A stretch of DNA of 64,000 nucleotides from Dendrobates tinctorius (Eukaryota). Made by a program: the position numbers and the translations under genes. Below are positions 1 to 12,945 of the stretch, piece after piece. A model generated the notes under the pieces. That model made no database searches, was not told where the DNA came from, and saw only the letters and a list, made by a program, of their open reading frames with translations. Each line of letters begins with the position of its first letter. The first letter of the stretch is position 1. The DNA lies in assembly GCF_039654945.1 (NCBI RefSeq), contig NW_027361802.1:9486001-9550000 (forward strand), in the 5' to 3' direction.

Positions 1-86
1 CACGTACAATAAAAAAAAATGTCTTGGCAACATCACTATCTGGGTCAGTACGATTAAGGCGATACCAAACTTAAGTGGCTACTTTT

Positions 87-250
87 NNNNNNNNNNNNNN
101 NNNNNNNNNNNNNNNNNNNNNNNNNNNNNNNNNNNNNNNNNNNNNNNNNNNNNNNNNNNNNNNNNNNNNNNNNNNNNNNNNNNNNNNNNNNNNNNNNNNN
201 NNNNNNNNNNNNNNNNNNNNNNNNNNNNNNNNNNNNNNNNNNNNNNNNNN
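87..250. other. Assembly gap (others at 6678-6835, 18441-18575, 48199-48339)
   Basis: Runs of N. Confidence 1.
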
Positions 251-551
251 ACACACATTCTCATTCAAAAGGGTTTTCTTTATTTTCGTGGCAATGAAAA
301 TTGTAGATTCACTCTGAAGGCATCAAAACTATGAATTAACACATGTGGAATTATATCATTAACAAAAGTGTGAAACAACTGAAAATGTGTCTTAAATTCT
401 AGGTTCTTCAAAGTAGCCACCTTTTGCTTTGATTACGGCTTTGCAGACTATTGGCATTCACTTGATGAGCTTCAAGAGGTAGTCACCGGAAATGGTTTTC
501 ACTTTACAGGTGTGCCCTTGTCAGGTTTAATAAGTGGGATTTCTTGCCTTA

Positions 552-769
552 GGGCTCATACTCACTTGCGAGAGACTCGCATGATTCTCGTGCGAGTCTC
601 TCACATGAAAACCCGGCACTGTGCTGCCGGCACTGGGACTGGAGAGTGCGGCGACATGTATTTCTATCCAGCCACACGCTCAGATCCCAGTGTCGGCGGC
701 CGTGCCAAGTTTTCATGCAAGAGACTCGTGCGAGAATTGTGCGAGTCTCTCGCAAGTGAGTATGAGCCC
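552..769. mobile_element. PIF/Harbinger-type palindromic MITE
   Basis: TIR GGGCTCATACTCACTTGCGAGAGACTCGC; TTA TSD at 549-551 and 770-772. Confidence 0.88.
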
Positions 770-867
770 TTATAAATGGGGTTGGGACCATCAGTTGTGT
801 TGTGCAGAAGTCTGGTGGATACGCAGCTGATAGACCTACTGAATAGACTGTTAGAATTTGTATCATG

Positions 868-3800
868 TTTTCCTGTCGAAGAACTGATTTTTGGTAGGCT
901 TCGGCCTTGTTCCTGGTTTTCCTGTTTTTTTTTTGCCATCGGTTCTTTGGCCCTTTTATTATACGCCTCGTGATCTCCTGAATATGATCTTGTTTAGATC
1001 CACTGGCATATGGTTGAGATTGAGGCTTTGGCGGGGCGAAATGATTGAGATTTGGTGGTTGCCCAATGTTGGGCACAGTGGGGGTGTTTATTGTTATAGT
1101 TTCCAAAATTTGAATTGTTTATAATGTTTTATCATATTATTGATGATGTTATACAATGGGATCTTCTATCCTACACAACAGGACTGGGGGGGGAGCTGGG
1201 AAGATAGTTGCTCTACGTATGCAATTAGATGAATGTAGAAGCATAGTGGTAGGGGAAGGGGGCCAGGGACCAGATTACCCAGCTCTCTTTAAGAGTATAT
1301 GCACTAGGAAGGGGTAGAAGAGGAGGGGAGGGGGGGGATGGGTGAAGGGGAGGGTGAGGGAGGAGGGATGGGTTTAGACAGCAAGGGGGAAAACTACACA
1401 GATTAATAATTCCAGTTGTCAACGCTATGGAGGGGGGGAAATTAAGGTACTAAGTTGGAATGTTAGGGGTTTATCTGACAAAACTAAGAGGGCAGCTATA
1501 TTCAAATATATACAAGACCAGGGCCCATCGGTGGTATGCCTCCTGGAGACTCATCTTTTACCGGCCACAACGAGACTCTTGAATAGGCGATGGACACAGA
1601 GGGCCTATCACGCTACTTTTTCTAGCTACGCAAGAGGGGTATCTGTGCTAATTCATACTTCAATACAATATGAGGAAATAGAGGTGCATATTGACCCGGA
1701 TGGGCAGTGTGTAGTCATCAAATGTAAATTATTTGGCCACCTTATGTGCATTGCCGCTATTTATATTCCACCCCCCCTACTCGAGTACTAAGCTGAGGGA
1801 GACTTGGGAATTCTCAGGAAGAGGGGAAGTATTGCCTCTTTTGATAGTGGGTGACTATAATAATGTAATAGACTCTTATTGGAACAGGAATAGGAGGCCG
1901 TTGGGAGTATTGAGTGACACTATAACCCCATTTGGCAATTTAGTTCGGGAAATGGGTTTGATGGACATTTGGAGGGTAAGAAATGACAGGAAACTGTGCT
2001 TCTCCTGCTATCCAGCTTCTTATAATACCCTATCTCGCATCGACATGGCATTAGCTAATGAGTTGATGAATGCAGTGGTGGGGGATGTGCAATACTTACC
2101 GAGAGTGATCTCGGACCCCAGTCCCATCCTTGTGTCCATTAAACGGGAGCGTTTGAGAGGGGGTATAAGGGGAGATTGGAAATTACATCCGGCCTGGATA
2201 CAACATATAAATATGCAGGGAATCATGTGGGAGATTGGGGAATTCTTTGTCCATAATGATGATAGTGCTCATCCCCTGGTGGTATGGGACACCATGAAGG
2301 CATATCTCCAGGGAATTCTATACAGGGATATATGTAGGAGAAAGACACAAACTAAGCGAGATGAGGTGGATAGTCTGGAAGCTCTAACTAGGGCGGAAAC
2401 AGAAATGGCACAGCACGCTACACCCGACACTCAACTGACACTTAGGCAGGCACATGAAAGGGTCAAAAGGTTACTACTAGATAAAGCAACTAGGAAGCAG
2501 GCTTTTCAGAAGATTAGATTCTACGAAGAAGGGGAAAAAGTTGGTCATCTATTGTCGATTATAGCTGCAGCCCAGAGAGGCAGCCATTTATACATAGTAT
2601 GGATACTGCAAAGGGGACAAGGGTTACTGAGACACCCGAAATTCTGGAGGTCTTCGCAGGTTTTTACCAGAACCTCTATTCATCGAGTAGAATGGGAGGG
2701 AAAGGGGGGGTGGAGGCATTTCTAGGAGCGGGACTGCTTCCGACACTATCTATGGAAGATAGGGATAAGTTGGAGTCTCCTATCACAGTAGAGGAGTTGG
2801 AGATGGCTCTGCATGGCATGACTAATGAGAGGGCCCCGGGAGCAGACGGTCTTCCTGCGGAAATATACAAACACCTAGAGGAAATTCTGCTACCCAAGCT
2901 ATTAATAGTGTTTGAGGAGGCTATGAAAGAAGGGATTTTGCCTGCGTCTATGCGGGAGGCGGTGATAGTGGTGATTCCTAAGGACGGTAAGAATCCAGGA
3001 ATTCCAGATTCATACAGGCCAATATCCTTGCTGACAGCTGATGTGAAAATACTGGCTAAAGTGCTGGCGAACCGACTAATTGGTGTTGTTGATACATTGA
3101 TCAATCAGGGTTTATGCCCAACAGATCAACAGCAGCCAATATACGGAGACTATATCTCAATCTGCAGTTGCCAGTCGATAACCCAGGTGGGAGGGCGATA
3201 GCCTCACTTGATGCCCATAAAGCCTTTGACTCTGTAGAATAGTCATACCTGTGGAGAGTGCTGCATAGTATGGGCTTTAGTCCTCAATTTACAGCGTGGA
3301 TTCAGCTATTGTATACTCAACCCACAGCTAGAGTTAAGATTAATGGGGTAATGTCCGCAGGAATACAGCTGCATAGAGGAACGAGGCAAGGCTGTCCACT
3401 GTCGCCGCTCCTGTTCGCTATTGCGATAGAGCCACTGGCGGCTGCTATTAGACGCAACAAGGCAATAAAGGGATTTCAATATGGCGATTTGGAGGAAAAG
3501 GTGGCCCTGTATGCGGATGACCTTTTGTTATTCCTAGGGGACCCCTCGGCTTCATTGGATCATGCTGTGCAGACCATTGAGGGGTTCGGTGAGATCTCAG
3601 GACTGACTATAAATTGGTCTAAATCAAGCCTATTTAAAGTGGACAAGGAGGTGGTATGGACTCAGGAAGACATAGGGGCCAACAAACTACAACGTGTGGA
3701 AATGTTTAAATATTTGGGGATACAGGTTTCCCTACCGGTGACTGAGTACCTTAATACTAATCTAGTACCTCTACTGGCAATTCTAAGAACTAAGGTGGAT

Positions 3801-5480
3801 ACTTGGAACAAATTACACTTGTCGGTGGTGGGAAGGAAAAATCTACTTAAAATGGCTTTAATGCCCAAGCTTTTATATATATTACACAACTCCCCAATCT
3901 GGATACCGCAGAAAAGGTTCGGAGTGGTGAATTCACTGTTTAGGGCCTTGGTATGGGGTAAGAAACAACCTAGAATAAGGCTTGAAACCTTGCAAAGACC
4001 AAAGGATGAGTGGGGACTGGCACTACCAAATCCAGAACTGTATTTTTTAGCTGCCCAAAGTCAACATCTCAGAGGGTGGTCTAATCAAGAGAAGGCAGGC
4101 GTCATCAGAGGAGTGCTGGAATACGTACTAAATAGAAGCCCGTTGATACTTGGCCTAGAGGATGGGAAGATGGGTGAAATGGGAGACAGGTGTCCCACTC
4201 TGCGACTCTTACAAGACCTGTGGAACAGACTAAAGAGGGCGAGAGGGGTGACCGGGTTGACTAGATTCACAGTTATATGGGACAATAGTAACCTCCCAGA
4301 GATTCGGAAACTTGGGAGACTGGAAGGCTGGAAACGTAGGGGGCTGACATTAATGTCTCAAATTATGGATAACGGGGATCTGAGACAGTTTGTGCAATTA
4401 CAGAGTGAGTTTCAGTTGCCAGATTCTGAATGGTACCACTACAGTCAGGTATGGCATGCCATTACGGCTCAAAAACTTTCCAGAAACCTGCACATACAAT
4501 CTGACATAGTGTTAGACTATATATGTGGTGGTGCTGGACTTACAAAAGGGGTAATTTCTAACACCTACAAAGATATATTGCATACACATTTAATGGGGTT
4601 CCCACTTAAAGCAAGATCCAAATGGGAGGGAGAGATTGGGGTGATGACTGACGAGGTATGGGACAGCGTCCTAGAATATGTCCCCAAACTCACTATGAGT
4701 GAACCAGCTAGGTTATCCCATCTTTATGTGATCCATCGTGTGTACCATACCCCCCTTCTGATGTTTAAAATGGGGCTGAGGGACAACTCTGACTGTCCAA
4801 GATGTGGGGGGTCTGATGCCGGAATCCTTCATATGATGTGGACTTGTCCCAGGCTATCTGCGTTCTGGTTTAATGTCATTAACAGAATAGAAGGGGCTTA
4901 CGGAAGTGTTATACCCAAAAACCCACTGGTCTGCATACTGGGATATGTGGAGGAAATTGAAATAGTTAATAGTGCAAAACTTGCTATAGCCAGACTACTA
5001 TATGTAGCAAGGAAGCTGATTGCGAGGAACTGGATCAGGAAAGAACCACCGTCTGGGAGAGAGTTTGTGAAACAGGTGTCTTGTATCATCCGGCTGGAGG
5101 AAAGGATATATGCTAAAAGAGGCAATTCTAAAACCTATGAGAGGTTGTGGAATCCTGGCTACAATACGGTACAGTTAACTGATGGGAATGTGCTATATTT
5201 TACAATGCTGGTGTTGTGGATAGACCATTAATACCCGGACATAGGAACATTTCTGTTTTGTATGGTTTGATTGACAATATGGGTAAAAAGGATGACTAAT
5301 GGTAAATTACGGTGTAAGAGAAATCTTATGGAGAAGAGAATTATATAAGCTGTCTACATGGGGGTGGGGGTGGGGGACAGGGATGTTCAATTTGTAAATC
5401 TATTGTTTGTGGAAGATTTACTGTATATTCTGTATTTTGAATTCTGATTAATAAAAATCTATTTGATAAAAAAAAAAAAA
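868..5480 (+). mobile_element. 5'-truncated LINE-1-clade retrotransposon (no ORF1)
   Basis: 15-bp TSD AGAATTTGTATCATG at 853-867 and 5481-5495; AATAAA followed by a poly(A) tail; ORF2 remnants. Confidence 0.93.
1427..5231 (+). pseudogene. L1 ORF2 (APE endonuclease, reverse transcriptase, Cys-rich C-terminus), frameshifted
   Basis: SWNVRG, GDYN and SRID endonuclease motifs; YRPISLL, GTRQGCPLSP, YADD and KYLG RT motifs; CPRC...HMMWTC; split over at least 4 ORFs. Confidence 0.93.
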
Positions 5481-5492
5481 AGAATTTGTATC

Positions 5493-6543
5493 ATGGCAAG
5501 AAAAAAAGCAGCTAAGTAAAGAAAAACGAGTGGCCATCATTACTTTAAGAAATGAAGGTCAGTCAGTCCGAAAAATTGAGAAAACTTTGAAAGTGTCCCC
5601 AAGTGCAGTGGCAAAAACCATCAAGTGCTACAAAGAAACTGGCTCATATGAGGACTGCCACAGGAAAGGAAGACCAAGCGTCACCTCTACTGCGGAGGAT
5701 AAGTTCATCCGAGTCACCAGCCTCAGAAATCGCAGGTTAACAGCAGCTCAGATTAGAGACCAGGTCAAAGCCACACAGAGTTCTAGCAGCAGACACATCT
5801 CTACAACAACTGTTAAGGGGAGACTTTGTGCAGCAGGTCTTCATGGTAAAATAGCTGCTAGGAAACCACTGCTAAGCACAGGCAACAAGCAGAAGAGACT
5901 TGTTTGGGCTAAAGAACACAAGGAATGGACATTAGACCAGTGGAAATCTGTGCTTTGGTCTGATGAGTTCAAATTTGAGATCTTTGGTTCCAACCACCAT
6001 GTCTTTGTGCTACGCAGAAAAGGTGAACGGATGGACTCTACATGCCTGATTCCCACTGTGAAGCATGGAGGAGGAGGTGTGATGGTGTGGGGGTGCTTTG
6101 CTGGTGACACTTTTGGGGATTTATTCAAAATTGAAGGCATACTGAACCAGCATGTCTACCACAGCATCTTGCAGCGGCATGCTATTCCATCCGGTTTGCG
6201 TTTAGTGTCACATCATTTATTTTTCAACAGGACAATGACCCCAGACACCTCCAAGCTGTGTAAGGGCTATTTGACCAAGAAGGAGAGTGAATGGGTGCTA
6301 CATCAGATGACCTGGCCTCCACAGTCACCAGACCTGAACCCAATCGAGATGGTTTGGGGTGAGCTGGACCCGAGAGTGAAGGCAAAAGGGCCAACAAGTG
6401 CTAAGCATCTCTGGGAACTCTTTCAAGACTGTTGGAAGACCATTTCCAGTGACTACCTCTTGAAGCTCATCAGGAGAATGCCAAGAGTATGCAAAGCAGT
6501 AATCAAAGCAAAAGGTGGCTACTTTGAAGAACCTAAAATATAA
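5493..6543 (+). pseudogene. Tc1-like transposase, DD38E (Intruder-type spacing), disabled
   Basis: ATG at 5493 followed by an apparent +1 frameshift in an A run; WSDE and SPDLNPIE motifs in frame; QQDND present only in an alternate frame; reconstructed D-to-E spacing is 38. Confidence 0.85.
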
Positions 6544-7079
6544 GATATTTTTTCAGTTGTTTCACACTTTTTTGTTAATTATAAAATTCCACATGTGTTA
6601 ATTCATAGTTTTGATGCCTTCAGAGTGAATCTACAATTTTCATAGTCATGAAAATAAAGAAAACTCTTTGAACGAGANNNNNNNNNNNNNNNNNNNNNNN
6701 NNNNNNNNNNNNNNNNNNNNNNNNNNNNNNNNNNNNNNNNNNNNNNNNNNNNNNNNNNNNNNNNNNNNNNNNNNNNNNNNNNNNNNNNNNNNNNNNNNNN
6801 NNNNNNNNNNNNNNNNNNNNNNNNNNNNNNNNNNNAAAGCATCTTTCATTTTACCAGAGCTGTTCAAAAGAAGCTGAGCTGTGATTGATTGCTATGAGCA
6901 AGTTTTCCCACTTAACAACACCTCAGTAGACACTGACATGGTGGGAGAAATCTAGCATCCCCAGGAACATAAGCTCCCAGCCATTGCCTGCCCCCCTGAA
7001 AGGAGCAGAAAGCACATGACAGAAAAGAATCCCCCCCCGCCTATACCCTCATCACACATCCCCCCATCCCGTAGGTACA

Positions 7080-7360
7080 TCTTCCCTCTTAAAGGGATCA
7101 TTGGTATGGAAGTCAGAGCAAATCCATCCAGGGCTTTGATTTTGACACCAGGCCTCTCTTAAAGGGATCCTTGGTATGGAAGTTAGGAGAGTTCCACACA
7201 GCTCTGTGGTTCTGAACCCAGGGTTTCTTAAAGGGATCATTGGTATGGAATTTAGGGCAAATCCACTCTGCGCATTGGTACTGACCCCAGGCCTTTCTTA
7301 AAGGGATCTCCGGTTTGGAAGTTAGGGCAAATCCATCCAGCGCTTTGGTTCTGACCCCAG
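7080..7360. repeat. ~61-bp tandem repeat (inverted counterpart of 8150-8635)
   Basis: Recurring cttaaagggatc...ggtatggaagttag. Confidence 0.8.
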
Positions 7361-7951
7361 AAGCGTCTTTTATATTGGAGCTGCAGCTGGTAGAAATTCA
7401 TCAGCGCCATTGCGGCACATGCGTACTGCATCACAGGCCCCTCTCATGGATCCCTCCCCGCCACTCACGTGACCAGGAAGGAGGAGGGAAATCCCTCGTG
7501 ACGTCACTATCCCTCCGCGTCACTAATGGCAGCCAGGGGTGACATACACAGGGAAAACTGCTGCACTAGACATGCGCACACGCCGAGAAATGCTATATTA
7601 AGTGTGGGCACAAGCAAGGGAAAGACGTATAATACATAATATATAAGACAGTGATATACTCAGGTGAATACGTAAATAGGAAAAAATCCCAATACTGCTT
7701 AATGGTGTAAAAAGAGAATGTGATAATATGATAACCATAACATTAATAAAAGTGCAGATCCTAGGAAAATATAAACCAAGGGGCCTGTCACATTATTAAG
7801 ATAGACACTACCCAGGAGCGCCAAATTCAATGTGATATAAATGGGGAACTAACCACTGATAACGTGAATGTGCCAAGTATATAAAAAAAAGTGACAAGTG
7901 AGTGAGATAGATAAGGATCTTGCTCTCATTCAGGAAGAGATAAATAAAAAT

Positions 7952-8151
7952 CCCGTCAGCCAGAGCTACCGGACTACTACCACTAATATCCCACATCATT
8001 CTGTCAGCCAGAGTCACCGGACTACTACCCCTAATATCCTACATCATCCCGTCAGCCAGAGCTACCGGACTACTACCACTAATATCCCACATCATTCTGT
8101 CAGCCAGAGTCACCGGACTACTACCCCTAATATCCCACATCATCCCGTCAG
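7952..8151. repeat. ~48-bp tandem repeat, about 4 copies
   Basis: gtcagccagag...ccggactactacc..taatatcccacatcat. Confidence 0.85.
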
Positions 8152-8635
8152 CCTGGTGTCAGTACCAAAGCGCAGAGTGGATTTGCCCTCACTTCCATAC
8201 CGTGGATCCCTTTAAGAGAGACTGGGATCAGAACCAGATCACTGAGTGGATTTGCCGTGACTTGTATACCAATGATCCCTTTAATAGAACCCTGGTGTCA
8301 GAATCAGAGCGTTGAGGGATTTGCCCTAACTTCCATACAGGAGATCCCTTTAAGAGAGCCTGGGGTCAGAACCAAAGCGCTAGATGGATTTGCCCTGACT
8401 TTCATACCGGAGATCCCTTTAAGAAAGGCCTGGGGTCAGTACCAAAGCGCAGAGTGGATTTGCCCTAACCTCCATACCAATGATCCCTTTAAGAGACCCT
8501 GTGATCAAAACCACAGAGCTGAGTGGAACGGTCCTAACTTCCATACCAGTGATCCGTTTAAGAGAGGCCTGGGGTCAAAACCAAAGCTCTGGATGGATTT
8601 GCTCTGACTTCCATACCAATGATCCCTTTAAGAGG
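8150..8635. repeat. ~61-bp tandem repeat, about 8 copies
   Basis: ggatttgccct..cttccatacc..gatccctttaagagag recurring. Confidence 0.85.
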
Positions 8636-9756
8636 GAAGATGTGCCTACAGGATGGAGGATGTGTGATGGGGATATGGGCAGGGGGGGGGGAATTCATTT
8701 CTGCCATGTGCTCTCTGCTCCTTTCAGGGGGGCAGACAATGGCTGGGAGCTTATGTTCCCGAAGATGCTAGATTTCTCCCACCATGTCAGTGTCTGCTGA
8801 GGTGTTGTCAAGTGGGAGAACTTGCTCATAGCAACTAATCACAGCTCAGCTACTTTTAACCAGCTGTGGTGAAATAAGAGATGCTTTGTGATTGGTTGGT
8901 GATACACACACATTCACTTTTATACATCGAGATATATTATAATTTGTTATAACTAACCGTAGTTAGTTACTATGCCCTGGCAGCGCCGGTCACTACAGCT
9001 AATATATATATATATACCGTATATATATATTAAGATTTCTATTTGCACCATTTTGGGGTACATCTGACATTTTAATTGCATTTTCTTAAGAAAGACACGA
9101 TGATCAAAAATTGGCAATGAGAGCCTTCAGTTAGCACCTCAAAAGTACTTAAAGGTGGCACATCTTAAACGCCACTAATAAAAATTTACAGCAACATTTC
9201 GGTGGCTAGAGGTAGATGCGCAGGAGGTGGCACCTACCCCATATAGAAATTGCTCACACAGGGATAGGTTTTCCATTGGGACAGGCACATTTATTTTGAA
9301 TAAAAATTGAGAGTACTCTGTGGTTAAAGGGAACCTGTCAGAGAAAAACGCTATTAACCTGCAGCTATTGGGGGTAATTTGCAGGTTAATAGCATTATAA
9401 ACCTGAAAGGCGCCCACACTTAACTGAATGTTGGAGGGAGAAAATGAATGGCGACGGCACTAGATCGCCAGCTGTAACCGCGCCCCAGGCCCTGACTGAC
9501 ACTGGTTTTGCATTGGAGCAGGCAGTCAAGTCAGTAAATGCTGGGGGGGTGGGGGCGCAGTTACAAGTGCTATAAAAAGCAGTGACTAAACCAGCACCAA
9601 CGCCACCCCCGCGACTGAAGAAAGGGAGAATAAAGTTAATTTTCTCCCTGCAGTGTTTGGCTAAGTGCTGGCATTGGGCAGGTTAATAACGCTATTAACC
9701 TGCAGACTAACCCATACTAAGTATGTTCAAACTTTTACTTTTCATGTTCCAAATAC

Positions 9757-9970
9757 CTTGGCATGTAGTTTCCCCAGGTGCTGAAGAACCCAAATACGAT
9801 GGGACCAGGAATTGTAGTTGCTTGGGTACCTTCCTGCGGCTTCACAACAGACACTCATCTCTTCTCGCACAATAGATTGGAGCTGCTCTGTCAGCACCTG
9901 ACAACTTGCTTCCTTTTTCACAACCGATGGAGGAATGTGCTCCTGCAGAAGATGCTGCAACACCCATCTC
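9757..9970 (-). CDS. PTAR1: PTAR1 exon 5 (214 nt), RWVLQHLLQEH...EAAGRYPSNYNSWSHRIWVLQHLGKLHAK
   Basis: Acceptor gacAG, donor AAG|GTATTT; alpha-repeat motif YPSNYxxWSHR; cumulative CDS 642 nt ends in phase 0. Confidence 0.96.
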
Positions 9971-10690
9971 CTGTCATGGCAAAAGCAGAAGAGTTGTTTC
10001 TAGCTTTAAAATGTATACCAGCCTGAAAGGAGGGCAAAAGGACACTCTTCAGGCCCATGTCAGGTGAATGGAGAGCTCATTGATGCGTCTGACATTTGGG
10101 CTTACAGACATGTCCACTCCGCAAATCTGCACTTGACATGTTGTAGATGTCAAATCATATAATTTGTACAACACGTCAAGTACCGATATGTGGCGTGGAC
10201 CAGCTCTATACAGGGGAGAACAGTTTAGTGCTGGCTGGGTTACACAACCAGTGCCCACCTCCAATGAAAGTAGGATCTAGGTAGTTAAAGAGTGGGGGAG
10301 AGGTCATTGACAAGCAATCACCCTCCCATAGTACGATGCGGAGGGGCAGTGTGCCAACAGGCTGTCATGGCTTCCATGTCTGCTATGTCTGCTATGTTTA
10401 TAAGTTCAGGAATCCTCCCTCGCAGGCAGGGCTTCATAGGCGAGTGTTAAATAAAAAAAAAATGAGCCAAAATAAAAAGGTGAAGTACTCGAAAAAAAAA
10501 AAACCGTGGATGGTAAACTATATAGTCTTTTTTTATAAAAAAAAACAAACAAAGATTTAAATCCCGTTTTATAATTCTGTAAGTAAAAACAAAAACCCCC
10601 CAAAAGATTGTCCTGCAAAAAACAAGCCCTCACGCAATTCCATTCACAAGAAAAAAAATAAAATAAAGTTATGAATACTCTACCACCTCA

Positions 10691-10726
<36 letters not shown>

Positions 10727-10810
10727 AAAAAAAATCTTATAACGTTACAATGGTATTGACCTGCACAATACATGTTACCAGGCCATTTTTACCCCACAGT
10801 GAACAGGTAA

Positions 10811-11276
10811 GACCTGCTTCACACTTCCGTTTTTGACCATCAGTGAAAATCCGACGTTTTTGCAAAAAAACGGATCCGCCATTTTTTTTGGCGGATCCGT
10901 TTTTTCCCCATTGACTTGCATTACCGGCAGACCATGACGGATGGCCATCCGTTTTTTTGCGGATCCGTCAATTTTTTTGCGTCCGCCGAGATGCCTGGAC
11001 AGACCATGTAACGTTTTTTGGATCCGCATTTTTATAGTGCGCATGCCCGGAGGAATGAAGTCAGGAGGAAATTTAAATATGAAATCATTTCTGGCAGACA
11101 GAAAAAATCTCTCTCTCTCAGGCAGCGGTTTCTTTAAAATTCTAATTCTTCATTTAGCGGATTCGTCAAAAGAAAACAGTCCGCCGGAATCCGTTCACAT
11201 CAGTTAACAACGGATCCGCTTTCCGCCATTTTGGCGGATTTTAACTGACAAAAAAAACTGATGTGTGAAACAGGCC
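10811..11276. mobile_element. Harbinger-type MITE
   Basis: Imperfect TIRs gacctgcttcacac / gtgtgaaacaggcc; TAA on both sides; internal CGGATCCG palindromes. Confidence 0.7.
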
Positions 11277-12945
11277 TAAAATGAAAACGAGAACTACTGT
11301 ACAATGGGCAGATTTGGCGTTTTCTCTCTGTTAAAAAAAAACAAAAAAAAAACACAACAACACCTACTAAATGTATGCAGTGAGAGTTCTGCTCCTGAGC
11401 TGCTCCTATGGCTACGTCAATAGGAAAATAAAAGTTATGGCTCTTGGTAGATTGCATTGGAAACATGGCCGTGGCAGGGAATGGTTAATCCCTTTAGCAG
11501 CAGTACATAAAACCCCAGCCCTTAGGAATTATTGCCCATTGTATAATACCCGCTTACAAGCTGAATACACAACGGTAGTAAGAAATCTTCCTGCTTAGGA
11601 TATACATGGATTCTGGTGTGTATACTACTGCATGTCATGTGTATGATCTCAGGATTTAATGTTCTCTCAGGGAATACTAGATACTGGCGGGTCCAACTCT
11701 GGCTCCCTGCAATGAGACGAGCCCACAGATAATGGGAAACTAATCACAAATCCTATGGGAAATCAGCTAAAAGGCAGCTAGAGCGGAAAATCGCTAGTAG
11801 CTTCCATTAAAGAAACTCAAATACAAGCCTGCCAATAGATGCAGGGTATCAGAAGAAAATAAGCACCTGAAGTTGCATTTAGTATGAATGTCACTAGGTT
11901 ATTCCGAGGAGCACCAGAGTAATGCCTGTTCCATACCTACAAACAAATATGGGTATATGGCCCATAACATTTATAACTGGAACCACATGAAATTAGCCAT
12001 GCGACCTCATGGACCGGACCTCATAAGGATAGCTAATATTTGCATAGCGGTCCCTGCTTGGTGCAGCAGAACACCCTAGCGCATGGCCACATGGACAGCA
12101 CAGGAGAAAAGGAACAGGCGATGCGGGACAAAGTTGCCATGGTGGATGAACTGGAAAATGTTAATAATGTATTTATTGATGTCAGTTTCCCATTTACCGT
12201 ATTTTGCGGATTATATGACGCACCCCAGTGGACTCTGTGAAAATGGCTGCCAGGGCATGCGCAGATGGAGATTGCGGGAGATGAGATCTTAGCGCTGCTA
12301 AAGTTTAGTGCTGCCCCAAAAAAAAAAAAAAAATCACAATGCAACTTCCTTAAGGTTTCTGCACAAAAACCACAGAAAAACCTGATACCTGTGTTTTTTT
12401 GCTGTGTTTTTGCACTTACTCATTGCTTTCTATGGGTGAAGGAATGCTGCAAAAATGCAGAAAGAAGTGACATGCTGCAGTTTTAAAAAACGCAGCAGTT
12501 TTCCAAATCAGTCAAGGAAACACAAACAAGACAAGTGTGTGCATTTGATTTCTGAACTCATAGTTTTTGCTGGTACTGTAAAACGCAGCTTAAAATTTGC
12601 ATAAAAAAAGAAGCAAAAATGCAATGTGTGAACACAGCCTATTGCTTCCCTCCGTGGATGCAGCGCAGGCTCTCCACTGCTGCTCGGTGTGTTTGGTTGC
12701 AGCGCTGGTGTCACATTGACAGTGCTGCAGCCAATAAAGAGACTGGGCAGCAGAGGAAAACCGGCGCTGGAGCCAGGGAGTGTAAGTGTTACTCGGTTTG
12801 TTTTTCTGTTCTAGCTTCTGCAGCCTATGAAAAAGTATTCTGAAGGGGGACAATCCCTTTAAGCTGGTCTTTGTGTACGTTCTAATGTTAGATGGAAGAC
12901 AAGATATGCCTCAATTGGGAGGGGTGGACTTAGATGGAACAGAAA

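Larger units (their letters stand above)
251..6677 (+). mobile_element. Tc1-like element (DD38E spacing, long ~250-bp TIRs), interrupted by a MITE and an L1
   Basis: Inverted repeats ~251-499 vs ~6435-6677, both ends running into N gaps; transposase remnant at 5493-6543. Confidence 0.9.
6836..9003 (+). mobile_element. Non-autonomous Helitron 3' portion containing a long internal inverted repeat
   Basis: 3' end (ctatgccctggcagcgccggtcactacagcta) is homologous to the Helitron end at ~24670-24703; arms ~6836-7360 and ~8350-8887 are reverse complements. Confidence 0.6.

Noticed and set aside
549-1106. 185-aa minus-strand ORF
   Set aside because: Crosses the L1, Tc1 and MITE junctions; a chance chimera
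1-9756. PTAR1 exons 6 onward
   Set aside because: No matching coding sequence seen; the region is TE-derived or gapped, so these exons probably lie beyond the window start
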